64,000 nt of DNA from Podarcis gaigeae. Taxonomy: Eukaryota. The translations under genes and the position numbers were made by a program. The notes under the pieces were generated by a model, which was given only the letters and a program-made list of their open reading frames with translations, was not told the origin of the DNA and did no database searches. Positions 1 to 13,038 of the stretch are shown in pieces; within the stretch, counting starts at the first letter, position 1; each line of letters begins with the position of its first letter. Location of the stretch: assembly GCA_964106915.2 (NCBI GenBank), contig OZ066914.1; one strand, given 5' to 3'.

Positions 1-470
1 GGTGGGGAGGGGTATTACTCAGAAGGGTGGTGGGAATGGGTGATTGGCAGATAGCTGTGATGAGCCTGTTGACGACTCTTAACGACTGCAATAGGTCTTA
101 CAGGAAGAAGCAAGGGGTGAAAAGGTGAAAAATGGCTTTGTCATGTATAATGAGATAAGAATCCAAGGTCTTAAAGCCATTTTTCACCTTGCTTCTTCCT
201 GTAAGACCTATTGCAGTCGTTAAGAGTCGTCAACAGGCTCATCACAGCTATCTGCCAATCACCCATTCCCACCACCCTTCTGAGTAATACCCCTCCCCAC
301 CTTCTCACTATATAGAAGGGTCTGGAAACTTCTGTTTCAGTGTATCTGAAGAAGTGTACATGCACACGAAAGCTCATACCAAGAACTGACTTAGTTGGTC
401 TTTAAGGTGCTACTGGAAGGAATTTTTTTTGTTTTGACTATGGCAGACCAACACGGCTACCTATCTGTAA
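1..470 (+). mobile_element. Penelope-like retroelement (PLE) end with inverted duplication (fold-back), in SLC25A29 intron 1; left arm runs off the window
   Basis: 1-139 is the near-perfect reverse complement of 173-301. This is followed by a hammerhead motif and the sauropsid PLE-type terminus GTTGGTCTTTAAGGTGCTAC...CAGACCAACACGGCTACC. Confidence 0.8.
342..379 (+). ncRNA. Minimal type-I hammerhead ribozyme motif (PLE-encoded)
   Basis: GTAT-CTGAAGA-A-GTGT(acatgc)ACAC-GAAA-GC-TC-ATAC. Stem I is GTAT/ATAC, core CUGANGA and GAAA are present, stem II is 4 bp, stem III is palindromic AGCU, and the predicted cleavage site is UC after nt 375. Confidence 0.8.
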
Positions 471-2247
471 CTCAAATATTCTGGTTATTTCTACTTTTAG
501 TCAAGAATTTTATTTATTTAGGGGGCAGCTGCCCCCCTGGCTACACCCATAGAGGATGGCGCTGTTTGTTGTAGTGTGGGGCTTCGAGTCTTATTATTTC
601 TGCCCCTTTGAAATGCTTGAGGTGTCCATATTGTGTGCACCACTGGAGTGGTGGCAACCACTTTACCCAATCTGTCCTCCCCCCCAAAAAAATCACACGA
701 GTTTGTATCCAATATAAACCCATTCAAGATAATGAATATGGCTACTCTGAGTATGACTTGCTTGGATATAGCCTACAATTTCAAAGTTAGCTTCCTCATA
801 GTGCTGGATGAGTTTACTCCTTTTTTTATTTTAGCTGCATTAGGATCTTGCAGCAAGAATAATAAAGATTATTCCTTAATAAAGCCTTAAAGACTACCAT
901 CTTTATTATGGCATAGCCGCTTGTGGGCAAAAACACAATTTGGCAGGTGCTCATGTGCCAAGATCCTATGTTTTGAGGGGCAAAAGAGAGAGAAAGAAGA
1001 AACAAAGTGCGTGTCTCCTTGCCTTGATTTTGATGAAGCAATGCAGGTCTGACTCTGGAGATGTCGTCTTCCTCCAGTGAAAGTTACAACAGCGAGTAGC
1101 TGGCTGGTTTCAGCCTATTGAGGCTTTCCTTCTCCCTTCCATTGTTGACTTCCCTCTTCTCTCTCCCCCGCTCTGCAAGCACAGTTCGGGGGTTATGTAG
1201 AACACTCTGTACTTAATATCTTCATCTGCTGCAGTTTTAAGTATGCCACTTTGCGTGTGATTTTTAAGTCCTTGCCAAATCGGTTTTAGTAAGATTAACA
1301 CAGCGGCACTCAATTGGATCCCTAAAGGAAGAACTTAACAGGAGCCTGTTGACATTTTGACCCTGCTTTATTTTTGAAGATACTATGCAGATAATATTTA
1401 AAAATATGTAGGCTGAAAATCATCAATCCCCCTAGCCATACTTGCTTTAAAAACGTGGGGTTGTGTGTTTTTTTTTAAGTACTTCCATCACTTCCTACAG
1501 CAATTTTGCATGCTTACCACAATCTTACTAGAGCACTAGCACTTGGCCTTAGATACAGTGGCTAACATGTGTTTCCCTTTAGATATTGTGGGACTGTCAT
1601 TCCCATTATCCTTGGTCATCTTCCATGCTGGCTGGGGCTGATGGGAGCTGGAGTCTAGGAATTGCATCCAGTGAAGTTCTTCTGTTTTGTGCAAGGACCT
1701 CTGCTTTTGCAATGTAACTTCCTCTCCTCTTCTCAACCCATATCCTTTCCCCATAATTTCTCCTGGGGGGGGGGGGTCAGAAGAGGTGCACAAGCAGAGG
1801 TCTTTGGGTGAATAGGATGAGTTGATTGGATACAGTCTTAAGATGAGCTTGGAGTTTCCTGCCCCATCTCCCCATGTGTTAAGATGCACCTTGAAGGCTC
1901 TGCTCATTTGACTGCCTACAACATCTGTCAGGTTGGCAGCCACGAAAGACGGAGCCTTCCCAGTGGTGTCCCCACCCTCAGTTAGAGAACTGCCTTCTAA
2001 CAAGATTGTGGTTGTCATCCCTACAAAACCGACCTTTGGACTGGTCTTGAGAACTCATCTGTTCTGGGATCCTTCTCCAGGGTTTTTGGTTTAGCAATCA
2101 GTCCTGCTTCCCAGGGATTGTACTCTGGGATTGTAGCTCTGTTAGGGAGGAATAGGAATCTCCAAACAACCTTTAGCACCCTTAATCAATTAAATTTCCC
2201 AGCATTCTTTGAGGGAAGCCACAAATATGGTAGGGCTGAGTCCTGTA

Positions 2248-2626
2248 AAGGTAAAGGACTCCTGGACAGTTAAGTCCAGTCAAAGGCAACTATGGAATGT
2301 GGTGCTCATCTCGCTTTCAGGCCGAGGGAGCCAGCGTTTGTCCACAGACAGCTTTCCGGGTCATGTGGCCAGCATGACTAAACCACTTCTGGTGCAACGG
2401 AACACCATGACAGAAACCAGAGTGCATGGAAACACTATTTACCTTCCCACCACAGCGGTACCTATTTATCTACTTGCACTGGTGTGCTTTCAAACTGCTA
2501 GGTTGGCAGGAGCTGGGACCGAGCAACAGGAGCTCACTTTGTCGTGCGGATTCAAACCGCCAACCTGATCAGCGAGCCCAGGAGGCTCAGTGGTTTAGAC
2601 CACAGCGCCACCCGCATCCCTCCTAC
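2248..2626 (-). mobile_element. Sauria SINE
   Basis: AAAGGTAAAGG tail and CCACAGCGCCACC head. Near-TSD CTGAGTCCT(G/A)TA at 2236-2247 and 2627-2638. Homologous to 6 other copies in the window. Confidence 0.9.
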
Positions 2627-2752
2627 CTGAGTCCTATAGACAGCAACCATGTGACTTCTGTAGTCTTCTGTGCTTTGCAAATAGTTGCTTCTGTGGTGGG
2701 TTATAGTGGTACAATGCCAGATTGTCTCATAATGCCTTCTTCTTCATTTCAG

Positions 2753-2796
2753 GTGCTGCCGGCGTGTTGGTAGGACATCCATTCGATACTGTTAAG
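2753..2796 (+). CDS. SLC25A29: SLC25A29 mitochondrial basic amino acid carrier, exon 2 (44 nt; (G)AAGVLVGHPFDTVK)
   Basis: ttcag acceptor and AAG|gtggg donor. Encodes the first carrier motif P-x-D-x-x-K. Phases join exon 3. Confidence 0.93.
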
Positions 2797-4089
2797 GTGG
2801 GTTGATTTTCCACAGGCTTACTTAATCATAAACATTTAGGCTGAAGATAGCACTAGCCCTTATGAGTAGAAAGCATTTTTGTTTTTTAGAATTCAGATGT
2901 TTTGGACCCATTAAATAAAAATCCTCATAGGCCAAATCCTGGTATAGAGATCTTGAATTAGATTTTCCGACATACTAAAGCATTGAAACATCCCACAGTG
3001 AAGCCAAATTAGCAGCAGATTAAAAAGTTCCAAATTGATAGTCCCTCTTGACTTAAGTCCTCTGATTATTGGGTCTTCAGACCCCCCCTTTTTTTTAACT
3101 TTGCAATCGAGCAGGATCTAGCAAAAATGCTTATGGAAGATACAGATTTTTAGGACTAATGCAAAAAGCGGGTGGGGGGTTTGCACTGCACTTAAAGGTG
3201 CATTATTGCTGTTTGGTACATTTTTTGTTTTCCTACTCTCTTTGGGTAAACATAAATTTGTTAATTATATTTCCCGGATGACAGTTTGCAACATGATGAA
3301 ACAGTCTTGCTAATTAACATGCTTCCTCCCACCCTTGGGGAAATATTGTGCGCTCACAAAGAAATACTTTTCTTCTTCTTTTTCTCTTCGCCCCCCCCCC
3401 CCAATTAAGCTGACATTTAATTGGTTGAACTCAAAACAGAAGTGGCCGATTGCGGGTGGGAAATGAGATCCAATTAGGCATATCACTTAAAATCTCTGCC
3501 TGTACAGCAATCAAATAGCATCTCAAAACAGGTTTGGACTGGCCCATGGGTTGGAATTTCCTGAGTCTAAGCTGGGCTTTAGTCATTTGCACGCTTGCTT
3601 GAGAGCAAGGCTCATTGAACGCTGTAGGGCTTACTTCTGAGTACCCATGCACAGGATCAAGTAAATCCAATAATTTCAGCTTGAGTGTGGGTTGGAGCAA
3701 GGGTTTGAGGATCTTCTGGCTGAGGAAATGTGCCGATTAACATTCATAACCTTAAAATATCCCATACTTAATAGGTGCAACAATTATGGATGAAATGTGA
3801 AGTCTTTTGGTTTGTAGCTGTAAAATTCAGTCATTTCATGCAATGGTGTATCCTTTGCTTGAGAAACCGTTTCCATTAGATTCCGTTGAATTTCTGTTGA
3901 ATCCCATTTTTTCCCATAGGGGATAATACTATGATCCTTCATTTTATGGACATGTTTGCAGAACCAAACATGAGGACCAAAACTCTGACTGTCTGGTTTT
4001 CTTAATCTTCTTCACTTTTTTTTTAACTTAATGGGATTGGTTTTAACTGAGAGGGTGAAGGCATAGTCTGGCACCCTGAACTGAAACCT

Positions 4090-4230
4090 ATTTTTTATTT
4101 TTATTTTCATTTTAGTATATTTCTATCCCACCTTTCTTCCATCATGGAACTCAAGGTGGTGTCCATGGGATTCCTAGGCAGTCTCCCATCCAGGCATTGA
4201 CCAGACTCAAACTGCTTAGCTTCAGAGTGG
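4090..4230 (-). mobile_element. 5S rRNA-derived SINE fragment
   Basis: GTCTCCCATCCAGGCATTGACCAGACTCAAACTGCTTAGCTTC resembles the reverse complement of the 5S internal control region, degenerate, with an AT-rich tail. Confidence 0.55.
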
Positions 4231-6480
4231 TGCCTGCAGCATGTGCCCTTGGACCACATCTTGGGACCAGGAAATGCATTTACTTGGAAGCACATTCTAT
4301 TGAGCATACTTGCAAAGCAAATGTATTCAGGGATGGGGGATTAGTTAATTACGATGGCAGTATACAAATCCCTCAGTTAACTTGCTATCATGTTGTTGAA
4401 GGTACAATGACATTACTAACAATGCAAAGGGGGGGTGGTTCTGTTTTAAGGCTGCAATCCTATACACACTAATCATGGGAGTAAGCGAACTTAACAGGAC
4501 TTATTTCCAAGTGGACAATTAGAGAGAATCATGCTGTCAGTTACCAGTTTCATATCCTGTCCATGTTTATTGGAAGTCAGTCCCATCAGGAGACTTGTTC
4601 CCAAGAAAGTCTGCATGGGATTGCAGTATTAGACTAACTTACTTTAATCTGCTAGGTAATAATAACCTGGTCTTGTAAAAAGGCAGTTTATGCAGATCTA
4701 AATCTTGTGTCGCTGCATTAAGCCCTATAACTCTTTCCTTGTGAGTCCTGGATGGCTAAACATTTCTTAGCTTTCATTTTATTTTTTAAATAATTATCTT
4801 TTAAAGCAAATTTTCATTTTGAGACCATAAATACATCTTGGGGAGGGATCCAAAGCAAAGCTTAATTTCCTATCTGAAGCTTGTTTTTTCCACTAGTTGC
4901 ACAGATAAAGCAATGTCTGGGTTTTGTGGGAACCTGGTGGGGGAGATTCAAAAAACATCAGAGATGCTGAGCTGAACCTGATCCAGGTCTTCTTCGAGTG
5001 GCAAATCCTTTCCTGCTCCTCCTCCTCCCCCCCAGTTTGTTGATGTAATGTGTACAATTGCTTTGTTGCTTAACTGCCTTTACTTTCTGAGCTAGGGGCT
5101 GTCTTCATTAACAGCAAAAGTGTTACTTTGTTGTAGATGACAGATAAGCCTCATCACGGGAGAGTTACCTAGTAAGTATAGACGAGGTGAACCTTCTGTT
5201 TCTCTCGGTCTTAATTTTTTCCAACATGTATGATTAGTTCAAGTTTTATAAAGACAACAAAAATAATAATAATAATAAAAATACCAGGAAACCATATGTA
5301 GTTTATTCCCTTCCTCTTTCTTTTTTTTTCCTTTTTAGTTTAAAAATGTTTCTTGTGCTCTGAAGTGGAGGGGGTGGGGATTTGCAATATGTAAGGTTTA
5401 TTTTGAATACGAGCTTTTAAAAGAAAACCTGACTTTGTTTTGCATTCATTTTCCTAGACTGCACTAAAAAGATTTTATGTGCTTTTTTACATGCTTAAAA
5501 AAGATTTTATATATGTACTTTGTGGAACAAAACTTGTGAATTCTGATTTCAGCCACTCCTTAAATTGAGGTTCCCATTTTTAATATATATATTTATTTAT
5601 TCCCCCCTGCCACACACAAATGTTATAACCATGTCTGTCTTGATGCATTTTTAGGTATTGGTACTTGGTTGGTCTGTGGGGTTCACTCTCAGTGTGTGTT
5701 TTCAATTCAAAATTTAAGTGTTTTTATATGCCAGGGTTCAGCTTCAGCAGTATTGAAAGAAGGAAACTGGCATAATGTAATGGGAATGGTATAGGAAATT
5801 GCATTGTGGCAAAAATTTAAGAAGCTTAGAGCATCTGCGTGGTAATGTTTTAACAGGCCGCAAAGAGAGACTGCCCCACAATGCTTAAAAAAGCATTATT
5901 GGTTAAAAAAAAACCTGTAGGTCCCTCCAAGCAGGATTTTCTGACTCTATTGTCTAAAATACAGGCAGCTTCTTTAAGATTTAGGGTTCATAAAAAGTGG
6001 ATATATTTCACATATCTGTTAGTTAGCTGTAGTCTAAAAGGAAAAACTATGAACTCCATTCATGATCACCTGTAGAATATTCTCGTTCATCATAGGCAAC
6101 CAGACAAGTAGCTGTTTATGGACCTCAGCTAACATCCTTTAAACTTGGCCATTCATGACCACTGTGTAGATTCTCGCTGGCCTTATTTCATAGCTGAGAA
6201 TAATGATGTGTGCTAATGAAACCTTAGATAGTTTGAAGTAAGGGGGCAAGCACCATCCCCTATTAATCATTCCCATCTCATGCAGACTTGAGCACTAAAC
6301 TGAGTGACTCCCAAAATACTGACCATCTTTAAAATTGCCTGCTATGGCACTGTGGTGTCAGGACTGGATGCACATTGATGCACCTTATGTGTGCCCAGTC
6401 AAAGGTGCTGTCATACTTCTGCCTGCTGATTTTCATTTATTTTGTTTGCCGTGCCAACGAATTCTCACTACGTTTTGTAG

Positions 6481-6564
6481 GTACGCCTTCAAGTTCAAAA
6501 TGTGGAGAAGCCACTTTACCGGGGGACCTTGCACTGTTTTCAGTCCATCATAAAGCAAGAGACG
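6481..6564 (+). CDS. SLC25A29: SLC25A29 exon 3 (84 nt; VRLQVQNVEKPLYRGTLHCFQSIIKQET)
   Basis: tttgtag acceptor and ACG|gtgagt donor, phase 0/0. Peptide matches SLC25A29. Confidence 0.95.
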
Positions 6565-8909
6565 GTGAGTAGCTTGTTTAGTGATTGTGCTCTTCACTCG
6601 TGTTTTGCAGTGTATTCAAGGGAGAAGGAGCCTTTCATGAATAAAGCCTAGGAGCTCCTTTTCACCATGGGTGTCACGGGAGCTGCTGCTGCAGCAGCAA
6701 GGCTCTTTTCCTGTCACCTTTCATGTCACTTCAGAATTCGCCAGGCCACTTTGGATTCCTAGACCAGAATACCAGTTTCTGGAAACCACAGGTGTGGGAG
6801 AGTGCCTTTGTGCTCGGGTCCTGCCTGAAGCACAGGCATCTGGTTGGACACTGTGAGAACAGGATGCTGGACTAGATGGGCCATTGGCCTGATGCAGCAG
6901 GCTCTTCTTATTGTTCCTATGGGAGGAGTTTGCAATGTGGCTGTGCAGAGGAGCTGCAACTGGATCCTCCCACATGATCTGTGGTTGACATCTTGCATTA
7001 ACTAGCCAGTTACAGCTCTCACACTACAAATTTTAATTAGAGATCTGACCCTTGGGCGCCTAGATGACAGCTGAAGGCCAAAAGTGCCTTCGGCCAACTT
7101 CATCTGCTATGCCAAATAGACTCTTTTTCTTGGAGGAATAGATCAGCCTGAGGTCTTTCCTGATCTCTTCACCTCCAGGTTAGATTACTGCAATGTGCTG
7201 TCCTTGAAGACGATTCAGAAATTTCGGATAGACTGTAGTTGTCAGGGGTTATGACCCAAGTTGCTCCATCAGCTCTTGTTAGCTGATCTTCTTCTAGGGC
7301 GCTGGTCACTAGATGGCTTCCAGGCTCCATTCAAGGTGCTGTTCTTTGTTCTTTAAAGTTCTAAACTATCAAAGAATATCTCAAGGATCACCTCCCCCAC
7401 ATGACTTGGCTCAAGAACTCCATTCGAGATCTAAGCCACCCTGAAAAGGTTCCCTCACCATCAAGAGTGTCCTTGTGGAGGTCCTTCTCAGTAGTGGAAC
7501 AGCCTCCTAGGGTGGGGTCTGGTCACATCACTGATTGGACAATGATGACTATTTTATTTTAGTGCATCTCGTGAGAATTTTAACGTTCCATTAGGATTTA
7601 ATTGCCCCTGCTGCTAATGCCGTTTGTTTTAAAGTCTGCTTTTTAAAAAAAAAAAATTGTGTGTTTTTTAAGTAGTAGTTGTTTATTGTGCCATCTCTTT
7701 CATTCTTTTGTTTCTCTACTGTGATTTTATTGTTTTTATAGCTGTATAAAAAGGATCTTGTAGAAAGGCGGACAGTAGTTTGATCACTACGGTTAAAATG
7801 AAGTTCGCCTAAATGGATTCCTGTGGAAACTAGTTAGCTCAATGTTTCGGCTTATAAAAGTAAAGTACAGGCACATTAACTGGTTTTTAGCCATCTCACA
7901 CACACCATAACTGGCATATTTTCTGCTCTCACTGGAGCAAATTATTAGAGCCGTTGCCCCGAGAATGAGTCTTAGACTCTTCCACTTTGGAATGGGGAAC
8001 AGAGAAGACTTGCATATGTTTGAGCAGACCCCCATGAGAAAAAAAACCCAAAAGTAACTCTAAGAAACAAAGGGACAAATTAGGAAAAAAAGGATAAATG
8101 CAACACCAAACTAAAGAAATTAAACTACAAATAGCACCTGATTAGGGGCCCTAATCAACATTGGCACTGCAAACTAGTGGTGAGGATTGTGGGCAACTTT
8201 TTATCAGGACCACAATGCTGCTTATAGGTGGGTGATTTTCTTAAAAGCAGAGATCTTAGACCCAGGTACCATATATGGCCCTCCAGATCTCTTTCTGTGG
8301 CCATCAGCACTCTCCCCAGGCCACACCCCCTCACCAGCCCTCCACCCGCTTTTGCCTCTTCCCCCACCCCCATGATTGGCATGTGGCCCTAGAATGTAGC
8401 CCAGCAGGGCTTTGTGGCCCTTGGGTTGAGAGATGCCCCTCTACCCCTGTTTTAAAGCAGGGGAAGTTCCTCACAACACCCGCAACAGTTGCCTTGGAAT
8501 TTGGCTCCCTGCAGATCAGAAAGAGGTTTAGCTTAGTCATGTTCCTGGTGTGCCAGTTTTCCCTACGAAGGGGCTCGTGATGTGCGAAGGCACAACTTAA
8601 TCTTGCTTCGCTCCTGCCCAGATGTAACTAGCAGCTGATAACTGAATGGGAAGTGAAACCAAAGTTAAGTAACTTCCCTAAGGGACGTGTCGAAATAGCT
8701 CTACAGGTCAGTAAGGGAAGATCCCCAATTGGCCACAATAAATACTCCTCATGCCGCAATGCTGGACTTTTCTTCCAAATGCTAATGGAAGCGTGATCGG
8801 AAGAGGGGCTTCCCCATCCGCAGCTAGCCATTAATCATGTGACTGCTCCTTGGTTGGTCAAAGAGCCACATGGGCAGCCATGTGACGCTTCCTTAGTCAT
8901 GACTTGACA

Positions 8910-9240
8910 TATAATAATAATACTTTATTATTTATACCCCGCCCATCTGGCTGGGTTTCCCCAGCCACTCTGGGCAGCTTCCAACCAAATATTAAAAACA
9001 ATACTGCATCAAACATTAAAAACTTCCCTAAACAGGGCCGCCTTCAGTTGTCTTTTAAAAGTAAAATAGTTGTTTATTTCCTTGACATCTGCTGAGAGGA
9101 CGTTCCACAGGGCGGGCGCCACAACCAAGAAGGCCCTTTGCCTGGTTCCCTGTAACCTCACTTCTCACAGGGAGGAAAGTTCCAGAAGGCCCTCGGAGCT
9201 GGACCTCAGTGTCCGGGCAGAACAGTGGGGGTGGAGACAT
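8910..9240 (-). mobile_element. L2-like LINE 3' fragment
   Basis: AT-rich tail plus ATACCCCGCCCATCTGG. Near-identical to 11600-11990. Confidence 0.7.
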
Positions 9241-9383
9241 GGCCAGTTGCTGCTGTCATCAACTTTCTGCCTCCTCCGTAGCTGTACACACACCAATATA
9301 CGTTTACAAGTACTCAACCAGTTGCCGCAGTTGTACGATTCTGTACGGTTTTTGAGAACTTTATGATAGATGGAAGACAAATA

Positions 9384-9601
9384 CAGTGGTACCTCGGCTT
9401 ACAGGCACTTCAGGTTACAGACTCCACTAACCCAGAAATAGTACCTCGGGTTAAGAACTTTGCTTCAGGATGAGAACAGAAATCGTGCAGTGGCAGCAGT
9501 GGGAAGCCCCATTAGCTAAAGTGGTGCTTCAGGTTAAGAACAGTTTCAGGTTAAGAATGGACCTCCAGAACGAATTAAGTTCTTAACCCGAGGTACCACT
9601 G
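9384..9601. mobile_element. Tc1/mariner-type MITE
   Basis: TIR CAGTGGTACCTCGG/CCGAGGTACCACTG with TA on both sides. Sister copy at 48286-48527. Confidence 0.85.
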
Positions 9602-10837
9602 TAGCCCAGAAAAACTGTTTGAGATATAGTTACCAGGTACTGATTTTAAATGCAGCTATTTCCGAAGGAGTACTTAGGAAAAGTGAACCTAATTCAGTGG
9701 GACAGAAGGAGCTTACTAATGTTATTCATGGAGTCTAAGCACAACATATTTGCCCCTGTGCCATATGAAATGGGGTCATGAAGTTTGATTTCCATAAAAC
9801 AAACCCCACCAAACGTTGCAGCTCCTTTTAAGATGTGAGCATCCTTAGGATGTGGGGATTTGTTTCAAGATAGCATTCAAGCGTGCTGTTCCTTTGAAGG
9901 CTGGGATTTCTCCTCACATTAAGGGGAAAGATAACTAAACAGAGGCTGGGCACGGACTTGGGAACACAGAAAGCACCTTTATAACGAGTTAGACCATTGG
10001 TCCATCTCGTTTAGAATAGTCTACACCGATTGGCAGTAGCTCTCCAGGGTTTGGGAGAGGGCTCTCTTGCAGCTCTGCCAGAGGATGCTGAGGACTGAGC
10101 CTGAGGCCTTCTGCATGCAAAGCAGATGCTCAAACACTGTGAGGTCCCCAACCCTCAAGCTGGTTTGTGGTGGCTGAGGGCTGAAGGCAGATGGGGATTC
10201 TTTGAAAAATTGCACCCTCTTTTTCATTAGCTTTGCTGGCTTAAAAGCCCTTCTATGAGCCCAGTGGGATATTTTGACCCACACCCTATGAGTTATTGTG
10301 GGTTCAGAGAAGTTTGTGGCAATTTTGCCTGTCTCCATCCCTTGCCCAGAAGGGTCTAAGTCTTTAAAGTTGGCATCATAGAATTGTAGAGTTGGAAGGG
10401 ATCTTGAGGATCATCTAATCTGATCCCTTGCAATGGGGGGATATTCAGCTGTTCCATATGGGGATCAAACCTGCAACCATGGCATTAAGAGCACCATGCT
10501 CTAGCTGACTGAGCTACTGAAGGGTGTGCATGCCGTAAGGAAGTAAAGGAGGCAGATTATAATAAATGTCTATTTCCAACTCAACTTAAAGCTTTCTTGC
10601 TGCAGCTGCTATCCATACCCACTCAAACAACATTGTCATGACACAGGGAGAAATAACTTGAGGGAAGGCGTGTTGACAAAAGGATTGAGATTTCTGAATT
10701 CTTACTGGTTAGCTGAGGCAGGGTCATAGCCCAGCGACAGAGCCTCTGCCCTGCATGCAGAAGTTCCCAGGTTCAGTCTCCAGGTAGGGCTGGGAAATGC
10801 TGCTGTCTGATACCTCTGCCAGACAGTGTAGACACAG

Positions 10838-11203
10838 GTGGTGCTGTCGTCAAACCACTGAGCCTCTTGGGCTTGCCGATCAGAAGGTTGGCAGATGCGG
10901 ATTCCCATGACGGGGTGAGCTCCCATTGCTCTGTCCCAGCTCCTGCCAACCTAGCAGTTCAAAAGCACGCCAGTGCAAGTAGATAAATAGGTACTGCTGC
11001 AGCAGGAAGGTAAATGGCGTTTCCGTGCGCTCTGGTTTCCATCACAGTTTCCTGTTGCATCAGAAAGGGTTAGGCATGCTGGCCACATAACCCGGAAAGC
11101 TATCTGTGGACGAACGCTGGCTCCCTCAGCCTGATGAACGCCGCAACCCCATAGTCGCCTTTGACTGAAGTTAACCGTCCAGAGGTCCTTTACATTTGCC
11201 TTT
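10838..11203 (+). mobile_element. Sauria SINE
   Basis: Homologous to the other copies, with a degenerate ACCTTT tail. Confidence 0.85.
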
Positions 11204-11527
11204 TTGCAACACTGAACTAGATAGATGAATGGTCTCACTTGGGGTGATGCTAGTCTAACCTATTGCTTAACCGGAAGAGAAGGTTGCAGGAACCTTCAGG
11301 TGAAACATTTTGAAGGCTGTGATGATTTTTATGCATTAAATGGAATCACAGGCAGGATTAAATTTTCAGCAGTGGATGCAAAATAAAATATAACAGTAAT
11401 GAAAGTATTGTGGAATAAATACGTATAATGCAACCTGGAAATGTAGGAAATTGACTTTGGAATTCGGTATTAAATCTGATGTTGTTAAAAAGAACTGAAT
11501 AAAAATGACTTGGCTAATATTAGCCAG

Positions 11528-11528
11528 G

Positions 11529-11568
<40 letters not shown>

Positions 11569-11990
11569 ATTTATTTATTTATTCCTTCCTTCCTACCTAC
11601 CTACCTAGGTACCTACCCTGCCCATCTGGCTGGGTTCCCCCAGCCACCCTGAGCAGCTCCTAACAGAATATCAACAACAACAATAAAGTGATAAACTATC
11701 AAACATTAAAAACTTCTCTAAACTGGGCTGCCTTCAGATGTCTTCTAAAAGTCAGATAGTTGTTTATTTCCTTGACATCTGCTGGGAGGACATTCCACAG
11801 GGCGGGCGCCAAGACCGAGAGGGCCCTCTGCCTGGTTCCCTGTAACCTCACATCTTGCAGAGAGGGAACCATCAGAAGGCCCTTGGAGCTGGATCTCAGT
11901 GTCCGGGCAGAACGATGGGTATACCTTCAGGTATACTGGGCCGAAGCCATTGCGAGCTTTAAAGGTCAGCAGCAACATTTTGAATTGTGA
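11528..11990 (-). mobile_element. L2-like LINE 3' fragment with compound (TTTC)n/(TTTA)n/(TTCC)n tail
   Basis: Homologous to 8910-9240. Minus-strand translation has LINE C-terminal-like 'FKMLLLTFKA..GFGPVYLK'. Confidence 0.7.
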
Positions 11991-12039
11991 AGATGGTTCA
12001 CCAAATGCCAATTTCTCCCTTCTGTTTTCTCTCTCCTAG

Positions 12040-12798
12040 ACCCTTGGACTTTACAAAGGCATTGGGTCACCTATGATGGGACTTACCTTCATCAACGCCC
12101 TTGTGTTCGGCGTTCAAGGGAACACACTCCGTGCTCTCGGAAAGGACACTCCAATGAACCAGTTCCTTGCCGGTTCCGCGGCCGGCGCCATCCAGTGCGT
12201 CATCTGCTGCCCCATGGAGCTGGCTAAGACGCGGATGCAGCTGCAAGGGACGGGCGAATATAAGCTGAAGTCCAAGAACTACAAAAACTCCCTGGACTGT
12301 TTGGTCAAGATCTACCGGAAGGAAGGGCTGAAAGGCATCAACCGGGGGATGGTCTCCACGTTCATGAGGGAGACGCCCAGCTTTGGCTTCTACTTCCTGA
12401 CATACGACTGCCTCACCAGGTACTTGGGATGCGAGGCGGAGGACAGTTACATCATCCCCAAACTGCTCTTGGCGGGAGGCATGTCTGGGATTGTCTCCTG
12501 GCTCTCCACGTACCCCGTAGACGTGATCAAGTCTCGCCTCCAAGCAGATGGAGTGGGCGGGATTGTGCGCTACCACGGCATTCTGGACTGTGTCAGGAAA
12601 AGCTACCACGCCGAAGGCCTGAGGGTGTTCACAAGAGGCCTCACCTCCACGCTGCTTCGAGCTTTCCCCGTGAATGCTGCTACTTTCGCCACAGTCACTG
12701 TCTTCCTCATGTACATGAGGTCGGAAGAGAACCAGATCCGAGGCGATCTAAGTGGATGTGAGGCTGGCCCGGCGATCCAGCAGCCTTCAAGCTTTTAG
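12040..12798 (+). CDS. SLC25A29: SLC25A29 exon 4 (last coding exon; TLGLYKGIGSPMMG...QQPSSF*)
   Basis: Polypyrimidine tract and tag acceptor at 12039, in frame with ORF 12073-12798. Carrier motifs PMELAKTR and PVDVIKSR. Synteny with YY1. Confidence 0.95.
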   Translation, partial: TLGLYKGIGSPMMGLTFINALVFGVQGNTLRALGKDTPMNQFLAGSAAGAIQCVICCPMELAKTRMQLQGTGEYKLKSKNYKNSLDCLVKIYRKEGLKGINRGMVSTFMRETPSFGFYFLTYDCLTRYLGCEAEDSYIIPKLLLAGGMSGIVSWLSTYPVDVIKSRLQADGVGGIVRYHGILDCVRKSYHAEGLRVFTRGLTSTLLRAFPVNAATFATVTVFLMYMRSEENQIRGDLSGCEAGPAIQQPSSF

Positions 12799-12987
12799 AT
12801 TCCCAAACGGAAGCAAGTGATCTTCTTTTTATTTTATTTTTTCCTTTCTTTTTTTTTAAAAAAAATCTGGATGTACAAACTGTAAATTTCTGTCTGTATG
12901 AAGCATCCTTTTATTGTGACTTGGGATTTCACCTCCTTTATGAAAGCAGCAGATCTATTCTAGAAATCCAGGTAATAAGAGGACTTG

Positions 12988-12988
<1 letters not shown>

Positions 12989-13038
<50 letters not shown>

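Noticed and set aside
4170-4230. 5S rRNA gene
   Set aside because: Partial and diverged, consistent with a 5S-derived SINE remnant.
12067-12761. Antisense and alternative-frame ORFs over SLC25A29 exon 4 (likewise over DEGS2 exon 2 and the L1s)
   Set aside because: Shadow ORFs caused by codon bias, with no recognisable domain.
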